A stretch of DNA of 63,458 bases, filler included, from Thelocarpon superellum (taxonomy: Eukaryota): assembly GCA_026025795.1 (NCBI GenBank). It is 6 parts of 6 records of this genome, joined end to end, with 100 filler letters (N's around TTAATTAATTAA, not from the genome) between each part and the next. Parts side by side here need not be neighbours in the genome. Positions count along the whole stretch, not along the records: positions 1 to 10,558 come from JAPEUG010000524.1; 5 more parts are not named here. One strand, written 5' to 3'. The notes beneath the pieces were generated by a model. The model saw only the letters and a list, made by a program, of their open reading frames with translations, was not told the DNA's origin and did not search any database. Numbering within the stretch: position 1 is the stretch's first letter; every line of letters starts with the position of its first letter. A program made the position numbers and the translations under genes. This document shows, piece after piece, positions 1 through 10,658 of the stretch.

Positions 1-1188
1 TTTCCCGGCTATGATGCTCATGTCTTTGTCGAGGAGGAAGACCCCGCCCTCGTCGGCAATCCCAGCCTGCTCGGACCCAATCCCAAGATCCGAAACACCA
101 GTCGCGGGTATGGCGCGGCCAAGGGCGACCTGCTCTGGGCGCTGGACTGTAATGTGTGGGTGGGAAAGGGGGTGCTGGGGAGAATGGTAGACAAGCTCTG
201 TGGCATGGCGGCAGACGGGGGCCAGGCCAGGAAATACAAGTTCGTGCACCATCTGCCCTTGGTCGTGGATGTGGCGGAGAAGCACCTCTCCCAAGATTAC
301 CCTCAAGCGAGGAAGACAACGGCCGCGGAATTCTCCGTCCTGCGTGGTGGTGGGGGGCGACTGGAAGAGCTCTTCATGTCCTCCTCGCATGCCAAGTTTT
401 ACACGGCCATCAACACCGTCCTCGTGGCGCCCTGCATCGTTGGCAAATCCAACATGTACCGGCGGTCACACCTCAACCACCTCACGGCCGGCCGGTCTCG
501 TCGAAGACCCGGCATCGATTGCTTTTCCGACAACATCTGCGAGGATCACCTGATTGGCGATCTGCTTTGGAAACAACGGGTGCCTGAAGAGGCGGCCGGG
601 GAGCGGTGGGGCAAGCACGCGCTGGTCTTTGGCGACCTCGCGGTGCAGCCGATGGCCGGCACGAGCGTGCAGGACTACATCGCACGACGGGTGAGATGGC
701 TCCGGGTGCGGAAGTTTACCGTGACGCTGGCGACGTTGGTGGAGCCTGGGACGGAGAGCTTCCTGTGCTCACTCTACGGCGCGTACGGGGTGACGAGCTT
801 ACCATGGTGCTACGACCGCTTCGGCATCCCGCCCACCTGGGGCAGCTTCATGGTCTTTTGGGTATGCAGCGTCGCCATCTGGTCGATGGTCGACTTGACC
901 GTCTATCTTAAGCTGCACTCGGCGGCCACGATCGAACCGGACCAGCATGTGCCTGCGTTCGCTCGTCCCCCAGCCGCTCGATCGAGACGTCCATACCACG
1001 AATGGCTCCTTGCGTGGTTCGGACGGGAGGCCCTGGCCTTGCCGATCTGGACTTGGGCATTCTGGGGAGGGACCGACGTGGTTTGGCGGGGGACTCGCTT
1101 CTGGGTCGGGATGGACATGAAGGTCCATGAGATGGATCAACAGGATGTCGGCGAGATCAGGACCTTAGACGGTAGAAAGCGGAGATGA
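1..1188 (+). CDS. GCS1: Ceramide glucosyltransferase (glucosylceramide synthase, GT21), 5'-truncated by window start
   Basis: Frame 1 is open from base 1 ([14 protein letters not shown]...GPNPKIRN...DCNVWV). Contains GKS, EDHLIG and [10 protein letters not shown] (D1-D2-D3-(Q/R)xxRW GT-A signature) plus C-terminal hydrophobic helices and the WRG tail typical of fungal GCS. Confidence 0.92.
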   Translation, partial: FPGYDAHVFVEEEDPALVGNPSLLGPNPKIRNTSRGYGAAKGDLLWALDCNVWVGKGVLGRMVDKLCGMAADGGQARKYKFVHHLPLVVDVAEKHLSQDYPQARKTTAAEFSVLRGGGGRLEELFMSSSHAKFYTAINTVLVAPCIVGKSNMYRRSHLNHLTAGRSRRRPGIDCFSDNICEDHLIGDLLWKQRVPEEAAGERWGKHALVFGDLAVQPMAGTSVQDYIARRVRWLRVRKFTVTLATLVEPGTESFLCSLYGAYGVTSLPWCYDRFGIPPTWGSFMVFWVCSVAIWSMVDLTVYLKLHSAATIEPDQHVPAFARPPAARSRRPYHEWLLAWFGREALALPIWTWAFWGGTDVVWRGTRFWVGMDMKVHEMDQQDVGEIRTLDGRKRR

Positions 1189-1713
1189 GGTTGTTCGGCG
1201 GGGTGTAGATTTGACAGCAATGAATCATGACACGAGATTGTGGGAGCGAAGAGTTTCAGGGCCGGTCAGGACACGCCACTTGAAGCGAATACTAGCCGCC
1301 ACACACCCTCTACCGTTTCCCGCGACCCGTAGGGACCCGCAGGGACCCGCAGGGACAAAGGGAGAGTCCGCCCAGGATTCGGTTGCGGCGTCTACGAAGG
1401 AGCTGCTGGTGGCTTCGAACAACGGGTGGCTACTCGTGCACCGCCTTCACGCAACAAGTGCAATAACAGCGAGCCAGCCGAGTCGCGGTGCCTCGCTTCA
1501 TCCCCGCCCTCACCCTCACATCTTTATCCAGCTCGAATGACTTCTCGACTATCGACCAGCACGGCTATAAGTAAATGATCCCATGGCAATCACTTGCCGT
1601 AGCCAAAAATGAAGGTCGCCTGACGAGCGACGAGGGACGGGAGCCAGGTGTCCAAGGACCAGGCTGCGTGACTGACTGAGATCGCTTGCGGGCCGCTTCT
1701 GTGCAACTTTGTG

Positions 1714-2679
1714 ATGGCGTCGGAGGGAGCCTCGTCGTCGACATCCTCCTCCTCCTCCTCCTCCTCCTCCTCGAACCTCGAGGCGCCAGCGGCGGATCAT
1801 GCCGAACGTGCGACAAGCTCACACAGCGTGCGTGATGGGAAGAGGAAGGAAGAAGCAGAGGTGAGGCGGGGGAACGATCATGAAGTTGACCAGGAGAGTG
1901 AAGATGCGAATGGACACGAAGACGACGAGGAGGGAGACGACGGGGAGGAGGAGCAGGGAGAGGAAGAACAAGATCAAGAACAAGATGCATCACAGCCGCC
2001 ACCTTTACCAGCAGAAGGCCCACCATCGACCAATGCCCGAGACGACGGATGGCAGCCTGTGTGGGACGCCAGCGCCGGGGCATTTTACTTCTACAACAGC
2101 ATCAGTGGGGAAACGACCTGGACGAACCCACGCGTTCCCGATGCGCCGACGATCACGACCGCCGCCACCACCTCCCTCCAGCCTCCCTCCGGCCTCGGCG
2201 GCCACGACAGGATGGAGGACGGCTCCCCACTCCCATCTTCCCTCTCCGCCGCCGCTCCACCACGACCGTATGGGGGCTACGACCCCTCCATCCACGGCGA
2301 CTACGACCCGACGGCACCTTACGCACAAGAAGCCGCCTCCTCGCACATACCGCCATCCACCTCCCTCTCCCTCTCCGCTCCACCACCTGGCGGCACGGCC
2401 GAACAAAGCGAAGCCTACGGCGCAACGGGCACATTCAACCGCTTCACGGGGAAATGGCAAGCAGAGGGCCTGGGCCCCGAGCTGCACAATGACGAGAACA
2501 AGACGCGGCGGCAGATGAGCGCGTTTTTCGACGTCGACGCCGCTGCCAATTCCCACGACGGGCGCAGCTTAAAGGCCGAAAGGGCAGGCAAGCGGCTGTC
2601 GAAGAAGGAGCTGAAGGCTTTCAAGGAGAAGCGCAGGGAGAAGAAGGAGGAGAAGAGACGCGCGTGGTTGAGAGACTAG
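1714..2679 (+). CDS. WW-domain protein with acidic N-terminus and basic C-terminal coil (uncharacterised fungal family)
   Basis: WW motif GWQPVWDASAGAFYFYNSISGETTWTNP; YDPSIHGDYDP and FNRFTGKWQ blocks; ends KKEEKRRAWLRD. ATG at 1714, apparently intronless. Confidence 0.85.
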   Translation: MASEGASSSTSSSSSSSSSSNLEAPAADHAERATSSHSVRDGKRKEEAEVRRGNDHEVDQESEDANGHEDDEEGDDGEEEQGEEEQDQEQDASQPPPLPAEGPPSTNARDDGWQPVWDASAGAFYFYNSISGETTWTNPRVPDAPTITTAATTSLQPPSGLGGHDRMEDGSPLPSSLSAAAPPRPYGGYDPSIHGDYDPTAPYAQEAASSHIPPSTSLSLSAPPPGGTAEQSEAYGATGTFNRFTGKWQAEGLGPELHNDENKTRRQMSAFFDVDAAANSHDGRSLKAERAGKRLSKKELKAFKEKRREKKEEKRRAWLRD

Positions 2680-2998
2680 AACTGCCATCGATGCTGTCAT
2701 TGTTGACGATGATGATGCATGCGTGCGTTCCCTGCGCGGTGCAGTATGAACAGCTCCTCGTATCCTTAGCCGGGCTTGATAGCTGGATGGCTGACCTGCT
2801 TCTTCGTCTCGTGCGTCTTGAGCAGGCATGAGCCATCTACTGTTCGTAACTTTCTATCGGATTGTATATTGTTCGGTATCCCACCGTATGTCTCGGTCCT
2901 AGTATGCGATGCGGTGATGTATCCAAATAACGCCGTCCTTCCATCACCTAAGGAGGCCAGAGGAGTGATATTCTACTCCATTTCCCCCTCAGCGACCC

Positions 2999-4401
2999 TC
3001 ACTCCTCATCTATGACTCCTCCTCCCCCTTCCACCCCCTCGTCTGCTCCCTCAGCTTCGTCCCCGCGATAGACGAAAAACTGCACAAAAATGCCCAGATC
3101 CAACACCAACGTCCCCAGACTTCCCAGCAGCCAGCTGGCGTTCACGAGGACATAACGGGCGTAGATGTCGCGTGCGGCGCCCGGGTCGCATGTTCTCCTC
3201 GCGAGATGGTACCCTGCTTGGTCGCCGCCGCCATGGCTGGTATGGGCACTGTGATGCTGGTGGTGCTCGTGCCAATTCTGCTGCTGCTGCTGCTGATGAT
3301 GAGGATGAGAACAAGTCGGAGCGAATGCTAGGATAGACATGACATAAGTCAAGTTTCCAATACATGCAAAGAGGAAGAAGAGCATCGAGACGCCCTCGGT
3401 GCTTTTGCGTCGGAAGTTGAGTAGGATCTGCGGCACGCGACTGCCGAGATATAACACCGCGCATAGGTATCCAAACACCTGGCCGGCGACGTTGAACTCT
3501 AGTGCGGATGTTCGCGAGGAGGAAGATGACGAGGGTGAGTGGGCATGGGACGAGTAGGAGTCTGAATCGTTGTTGTAGTTGCTCAGCCACCATCCGAGGA
3601 CGCCCGCCAGACAGACGAGGCTGATGCTGATCGTGTTGAAGACGATGCTCTGTAACGTGCTGCTTCTGGTGGTGCCCGGTGGTGAGACCGTCGTGAAGGG
3701 ATCCTCGGCCGGCCCGGCGGGGTCAAGGAGCGGCGTGGCGGGGGAGAGATGCTGCGCGCCATCGAGATGCGAGAAGGTCGTCGGCGACGGGCTGCGCGTC
3801 GCGTCCAGCAGACCCGAGGTCTCCGTGGGCTCTCGTGAGGCGCCATCGCACGACGGGACAGCCTCCGCTGGCTTGGAGGGGAAGGAAGACGCGTTCGAGA
3901 GAATGAATCCGCGATAGTACAGGCATTGGCCCAGCAGTACAATGTCCGCGAGTGTATAATAGACGGCCAGGATGATCTGAGATGTCGTCAGCCATCGTAC
4001 CATTGCTCTTGCTCTTGCTCTTGCTCTTGCTCTTGCTCTCGTCTTCGCCAGCAAGATTGCAAGACAGGCGAGACGCACCATCGTCGGCAAGACACCTTGA
4101 AGAATGGCTCCCAGGATATTGAACACATCTCCGGCCAACCACACGACCAGAAACAGAAGGGACAGACCGTCGGCCGATCGCCGGCGGAAATTCTCAATGA
4201 TCTGTGGCGAGAAAACCACGATCCAGCATGCTATCGAGATGGAGCTGCCCAAGGATGTCAGGATGGAACAGACGGACAGAAGCCTGGGAGAGGACGTGGA
4301 TGGGGGAAGACGGGGAGAAGAGGATGGCCATGGTCGTCATACCCGCAAATCCCGCTAATGGCATCGATGTTGAGCTTCAGCCCTTGCGCGGGAGGAAACA
4401 T
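2999..4401 (-). CDS. PQ-loop vacuolar cationic amino acid transporter (Ypq1/PQLC2 family)
   Basis: Two PQ-loop motifs (FSPQIIENFRRRSADGLS; SRVPQILLNFRRKSTEGVS). Exon 1 MFPPAQGLKLNIDAISGICG from ATG 4401; introns 4342-4245 and 4078-3977 (GT..AG). Confidence 0.9.
4003..4039. repeat. (CTTGCT)n hexanucleotide microsatellite inside PQ-loop intron 2
   Basis: About six tandem copies visible; explains the spurious RARARA/EQEQEQ/CSCSCS runs in the ORF track. Confidence 0.9.
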
Positions 4402-5143
4402 GACGTGTGAAATACCCTAGTCCTAGGAGCGGAACTGTTGTCGAATTGCCTCTCTCGAGACCCCTTCTCTAGACAGTCACACATCACATCGTGGGGTTGC
4501 CGGGCTGAATGCAAAGATGAGCGTCCGCGGCACTAAACCGTCGTCTCCACACTTCCATCGCGTCTCACTCAACCTTTCCCTCTCGAATGGTGGGCGGTGC
4601 GTGCATCATCACCTGCGGAATGTAGCCGGCCTTTACGTAACTGTAACGCGAGAAGAGCTGCCCGAGACCACCAACAAGAGCTCGTCGGTGTCCAGGAGCT
4701 CGACAACTCGAGACTATGTTTTCGGGGCGTCCGGGCCGGTGACGGACAATTACCTGTGTGTCGGCCAGACGGAGAAATTTCTTTCAAGCCCATCCATGCT
4801 CAGCTCGTACCATGCTGTTTGGTCCATGGCTGAGTTCACTATACCAGTGGTACTTCTCGTCCTATCGTGATGCTTCCATCAACTGTCGGAGCGCTTGTGC
4901 TGTGGGGTCACGTGTCCGTTTGCATTCTCCTTCCCAGCACCGGTAGTGCAACTTCAAGTGTCCAACTACGACAAGTAGAAGGATGGTGTGACATGTATAC
5001 GCATTGCCCCCCTTACGGACGGAAGCTGTCACGCCCATCCTACGATCAGTTCCTGCGCCATGAGATGCTCCCACACGACGCCCTGCTATGCCATGGAATC
5101 GCGGCGCCAACGTGACGACCAGACGAGATCGCCCCAATCTACA

Positions 5144-6378
5144 TCAGTCCCGCACCTGCATCCGTGCTACACCCTCGTCAAGTCCTGCCGCCGATCTTTC
5201 GTCGCCTCCAGACTTCTCCTTGCCCACCCGTTTGCCTGCTTGCTTCGCACTCGGCTCCGGCGACTTCTCAGTCTCGCTCGGTACCTTGCCGCTCGGAGGA
5301 CCCGTGCTCTCGGACGGCCCGGACAGGGCAGCATCGGAGGCAAGGCCAGCCTGAGCCGGACCTTTGCCGAGACCGTCCATCTGTTCAAAGTGGGCGACGG
5401 CGATCCTGGTGTTCATGACGGCGCCGTTGAACGTCGCTTCGCCCGGTGGCGTGACCACGAGGATGTAGGTGTTGGCGGTGAAGCGGGCGATGAACAGATT
5501 GAACTTGGCCACGCGAATGGCAAACTCCAGGAACTGCGGCGACGACTTGGGGAGCCCCGTGTGCTTGGCCAGGCTCTGCTTGAACGTCTTGATGATGTTG
5601 CTCAGCCGCTCGAAGCGTGACTTGTCCGGATTCCGCTTGCCGACGTCGCTGGTGACCGACGTCACCACCAGGAAGGTCGTGCGCTCGAACAAGATAATCT
5701 CCTCGGCCTCGATCACGTCCGCCAAACTGCGGAGGTGGGCCTCAATCAGATCGAGATTGGGGATCAGTGTGTAGATGATGCTGGCCCACGCCTTGTACAG
5801 TGACTGGTCCCAGATGGTCGTCGCAAAACACGTCACCTCGAACTTCTCCTGCGCGCTGCGCGCCTTGACCACGGCCACGCGCTCGTCGTACAGCTTTCCC
5901 CGGTAGTGATCCTGCACCAGATCCATCTTGTGGATGAGACAGAAGACGCTGGCGTCAGGGCTACACTCGCTTAGCGCCCGCATGATGGCGGAGAAGGTGA
6001 CGAGGTCCCGATCGAACTCGCGCGACTCGATGTCGAAGACGTAGATGAGCACGCCGACATGGGAGAAAACGTGCACCCGCTGTGAATTGAGATAGTTTTC
6101 CACGAACGCATCTTGCCTGATCGTCGTTAGCGGTGCCATTTACAGGGTTCGGCCGAGTTGCTTGCGAGCACGCACCCTCCGCAGTCCCAGAGGTTGAGCG
6201 TGAGGTTCCCCAGGAACTTCACGTGGCTGTGCTCGACGTCGATCGTTGCTCCCAGGCGGCGTGTGTCCTTGGCCACGTAATTGCTGAAGATGATGGAGCG
6301 CATCGACGACTTGCCCGACCCGCTCTTGCCCATCAACAGCACCTTCTTCTTCTTCACCTTCTTCGTGAGTTGATCCAT
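5144..6378 (-). CDS. GTR1: Rag GTPase Gtr1 (RagA/B), TORC1 activation
   Basis: [24 protein letters not shown]...[11 protein letters not shown]...NLWDCGG|QDAF, HKMDL and TIWD motifs; intron 6175-6117. Confidence 0.97.
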
Positions 6379-7231
6379 CGTGCCGTCTCGCTGATCACCA
6401 CGATCGGAAGGGTCTCAGTGCGAGTGCACTGTTCTCAATCAGACCTCGAGCGTTACACGATGACGCTCCAGGAGACTCACGATGGTCGGTTGGCGGGAGG
6501 AATCCACCGAGCGTACCATCGGGGGGCCGATGGACCAGAGACACTGGCGGAGCGGCGGGTGCGCACTGCAGACTCTCGGGCGCCATCCGTGATTATCTCG
6601 CGTAGACTTGCTCGCTTCCGCCGTCTCCCGCAACTGGAGCTGATAGCCGGGACAGCCTAACGGGATTGAGCTTGGTCTTGTATAGTGGGGCAGCTGGACG
6701 GGCGGGCATGTGGGTGTGAAGGTGTTTGCTTGCCAGAGAATTACCAACGCTTCACTGCAGCACATTCGCTCCTGTGGGATCCTTCCACTCCGCTTTCCAC
6801 TTCACACCGAACGCGTCTTCTCTGGTCGGCACATGGTATGATTGGAACTCGAGGGCACCCTACCTGTCCCACGGGTATGTCTAGCAATGCTCCGTTCTCA
6901 TCATCCCGGTGCCCCCCGCCCCCCTACCTCCCGTCCCTTGCCGGCCTAAGAATGATATCATACAAGTCACCACCGCATGTCAAGTACCACTGCCAGGAAA
7001 CGGGACAGCGGAATGGAACTGGAGACGGAGAAAGAGCCAGGCTTCGGATCTAGGGGGCCCTGGTATTCCTCCCGCCCCCACAGCGATGTAGGAGTAGAGC
7101 CGGCGGCGGCACGGGACGTTACGTGCGCAAAGTCATTATCATCGTCGTTGTGTCCCTCCTCGCGTCACGCCGTCACGCCGTCAATTATTCGAGATCCCGC
7201 AGGGTGGACTCAGAAGCACGGCATAGGCGGC

Positions 7232-8950
7232 CTAGAAGATGGTTCCGTCCGAGAGGGTCATGATCGGAGGCTCTTTAGTGTTGGGCCGCGACACCTCCGC
7301 CAGTTCGCGACCGCCCTGACGCACAGTGAGCGATAGATTCGGGATGAACTTGAAGAGGCTGGAAAGATGGCCCACTTACCTTCCATGTCCCCGCCTCCAA
7401 CATCTGGGCCAAGCTCAGGCCCTCGCCCATCTCCAGGCCCAGGCCCTTGTTCACTTCAACCAAGAGCTCGTCCAGGAAGGCCACGGTCAAGGCCCGCCAT
7501 TCCACGATCACATCATCGTCCGCGGTGAAGAGCGGCACCACCTCGACGTTGGGTTGCCCGCTCTTCCGCGCGTTCGCCGTGTATGCCGTGAGGCCGCGCG
7601 CCGCATCCGCTGGCTTGAGCGTCAAGAGACCCGTGTCGATCAGCAGCCCGCCATTCCGGTATTCCGGCAGGCCCGTCAGCAGGTCGGCGCCGAAGAAGCG
7701 AATCTTCATCAACTTGGTCATGGGGCCCATGAGCGAGTACGTGAGCCACTGCGTCAACTTGTGAAAGGGCACGATCGTTTCCCACGCCTGCGCCGGCGGC
7801 GAGCTCGGCATCGACCGACAGGGCCAGGCGTCGCCAATGGACACGCCAGCCACCTGCGTTCGTGACTCGGGCCAGATGGGCGACAGGCCGTCCATGAGGC
7901 AGTTCCACATCGTCGGCAGCGGGATAATGGGCACCGACGTCATGCGCGTCGTCGGATGATTCATGAGATAGTCTATCGCCGTCAGCATACGCGCTCGCCC
8001 ACCCCGGCCCGGCCATCCGCCTACCAATCATCATTCCCGGTCGCTGTTCCTCCCCAAAGTACTTGGCATTCTGCAGCGCGTCGCCAAGTCGGATCAGGAG
8101 GCCCGCTCGTCCCTCGAGCCCAGCGATCGGGTTCTGTGCCGTCACCTGTAGCGCCTTCTCCAGCGTCGCTACCTGCAGCGTCCGCAAGGCCGCACCGTCC
8201 ACCTGGAAGGGTTGCGCGCCGTCGCTGCTGAAGAGCCCGGCGCTGAACATCTCCAGGCTCGCCACGGCCAGGCCTTCACTCCGGCGATAGATGCGGCCCG
8301 ACTGCTTGCTCTTGTATTGCCACTTGGCCCCGGCACCGGCGTCCAGGAGGACTGAGACGACAAAGAGGTCGATTAATCGGCGTGTGCGCTCCGACGCATC
8401 GATGGCAGAGGGCCAAGAATCCAGGAGGTGGTCGATCCGAGGACGCCCACCCACGTCGAAGTGCTGCCAACGGCCGTGGGGCGGGATGGAGGCGTAGTCT
8501 GAGCCGTAGTCGCGCTGCGGCCACCATCACCATGAGCATGCCGTGCTGTGCCGTGGGCCAGAGTCGCTGGCTGCGAGCGCGAGTCGCACGTACCTTGATG
8601 ATCGATATGACATACATGGCCGTCTCACCGAACTTGCTTAGGTCCACGTCGAAGTGCGCGAGCTGACCGGTGTAGGCCCTGTTCAACACCAGCTGACACC
8701 GCTCTCGCACCGCATGAATACTTCGGAGGTACCCTGCTGGATCCAAGGCCGGATTGGGCGCCTTCGTGACAGGGAGGTTTAGGGAGGGGACGATGAAGGG
8801 CGACATGGGCGGACCGCTGCCATTGCTCAGTCGCTCTTTGACCGGCGACTTGAGCCCACTGATGCTTGATTTGCGCGTCGAATCCGATTCAAAGGAGGCG
8901 GCATCGCTATTGATGGTGGGTCGGGTGGGTCGACGCGAGAAGAGCTTCAT
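7232..8950 (-). CDS. URC4: DUF1688 / uracil catabolism protein Urc4 (urg3)-like
   Basis: After splicing three introns: YLRSIHAVRERC, IPPHGRWQHF, LFVVSVLLDAGAG, RSEGLAVAS, PFHKLTQWLTYSL, TGLPEYRNGGL, EAGTWK|GGRE...SDGTIF-stop (TAG at 7234-7232). Start ATG 8950 is inferred. Confidence 0.9.
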
Positions 8951-10558
8951 CTCGTCCGGAGAGGGTTCCTTCAACGGCCGAAGAGATGCTGTCGGACGAA
9001 GCCCGCGCGACGCAGCCGCGGGAGGTAAAGGGAGAGGGGTGAGGCGACGTAGACGTCAGCCCAGGTGGACCGAGGATCAGTGTCGTGGATCTCGTCGTCA
9101 ATGTCAGGCGTTGGTAACCACTCTACGACGCGGCGTCAAGACCCATGGCGGAGGCGCTAGTGGCAGGTGCACAATTGCCGCAAGCAGTGACCCGAGACAG
9201 AGGGGCGTGTTGATGGAGAGCTGGACGAGTCGGGCACAAGCAGGTGGAGGGGAAGCTACCGCGGAGCGCGACACATGTCTCAGCAAGGACGACGACGGCA
9301 GATGGATGAAGTGAACAAGCTCAGGGATGGAGACGCGGCATTGGGGAGCGCCGTGCGAGCCTGTGGCTTCTGCCTCCGACCTGTCGCCGTGGCGCGAAGG
9401 GGCTGCTTGGACGGCGATGCTAACAGTAACTACTCGCCCAAGTACGATGCGGCGCGGCCATGAAGGCCAAAGGCCGTCGAAGCCACGTTCGGGACGGCGG
9501 AGAATCGTCCTTATCCACATGAGTCGTTTAAGTTTGACCAGTGGGGAGCCGGCGGGAACAGCAAGCTTCGCTAGATTGGCGACGGAACCAGAGCTCAGGC
9601 GCCTGCCAACTCCTTCGGGGGAGGCGTGTCGTGATTGGCGTCCGGCAGGGAAGAGTGCAGGCGACGAGAAGGCGCGCTGTCATCCGGCTACTCCGTCTCT
9701 ACCTCTACGCGCAGTCGTCCTCCGCTCCCGAGATTTCTGGTGGGGGGAGACAGCAAGGCAGCAAGGGAGCAAGGAAGCAAGGCAGCAAGGAAGCGAGGGA
9801 GGAAGGGAGTGAGAGAGATGAAGGGAGCGAGGAAGAGAGGACAACGAGACATCGGCCAGTACGCACCCTACCTACGCACATCTGTAGGCGGTCCTCGATG
9901 CGTGCGTAGGTCCGATCCGTCACACGGTCTGAAGGCACGGTGCTTGGTCCCCCATGGAGGATGGAGGGGAAGGTGGCCGGGCCACCGCGGCCTCTCGCCA
10001 ACGTCGACCGTTCGCGCGTCCGGCGAGCTCTCTAGCCGGTGACAGCTGCATGATAGGTGACGCACTGGCTCGCCTGGCGCGCCGGCCATGAACCTGCGAA
10101 GAAGGAGCGACTGGGGGGTGCGGCAACGTGGTGAAGCATGCGTTGCGCGTGGGCGTCGCGCGTGGGCGTGGACGAGGGCGTGGGCGTGTGTGGAGGGGTG
10201 GAGCGAGGGAGGGTTGGAGGGTTGGAGGGTTGGAGGGGTGGAGGGGTGGACGTGGGGCGGCCGGCTGAACGATGCCCTTCCGGCAAGGATGTGGACGCAC
10301 CAAAGGATCAGGTTGCGCTCTGCCCTCGCACCGTGCGGCCAGGCTCCAGCGCGATCACGACATGCACGGGATAAGTGCGCCAGAGCGCTGGGCTACGCGG
10401 TCGATTGCAGACCTCGCCACGATGGCACGGTCCATAGCTCGGCATGGCTCGGGTGGCGGACCGTTCGGACATTTGTTCGCTCAGCGGCGACACTACAGGG
10501 GGTGGAGGAAGCCGAGACTCCTCCGGTCTACGGAGGACTGCTGCCCCATTGCATAAGA

Positions 10559-10658
10559 NNNNNNNNNNNNNNNNNNNNNNNNNNNNNNNNNNNNNNNNNN
10601 NNTTAATTAATTAANNNNNNNNNNNNNNNNNNNNNNNNNNNNNNNNNNNNNNNNNNNN
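10559..10658. other. Artificial contig-join spacer (44N-TTAATTAATTAA-44N)
   Basis: Identical 100-nt spacer occurs five times; the 12-mer puts stop codons in all six frames. Confidence 0.97.

Noticed and set aside
10206..10247. Telomere-like repeat
   Set aside because: The unit is GGAGGGTT, not TTAGGG; few copies and internal.
10603..10614. TTAATTAATTAA palindrome repeated five times as a possible biological motif or piggyBac TTAA site
   Set aside because: Always centred in identical N padding; it is a synthetic all-frame-stop linker.
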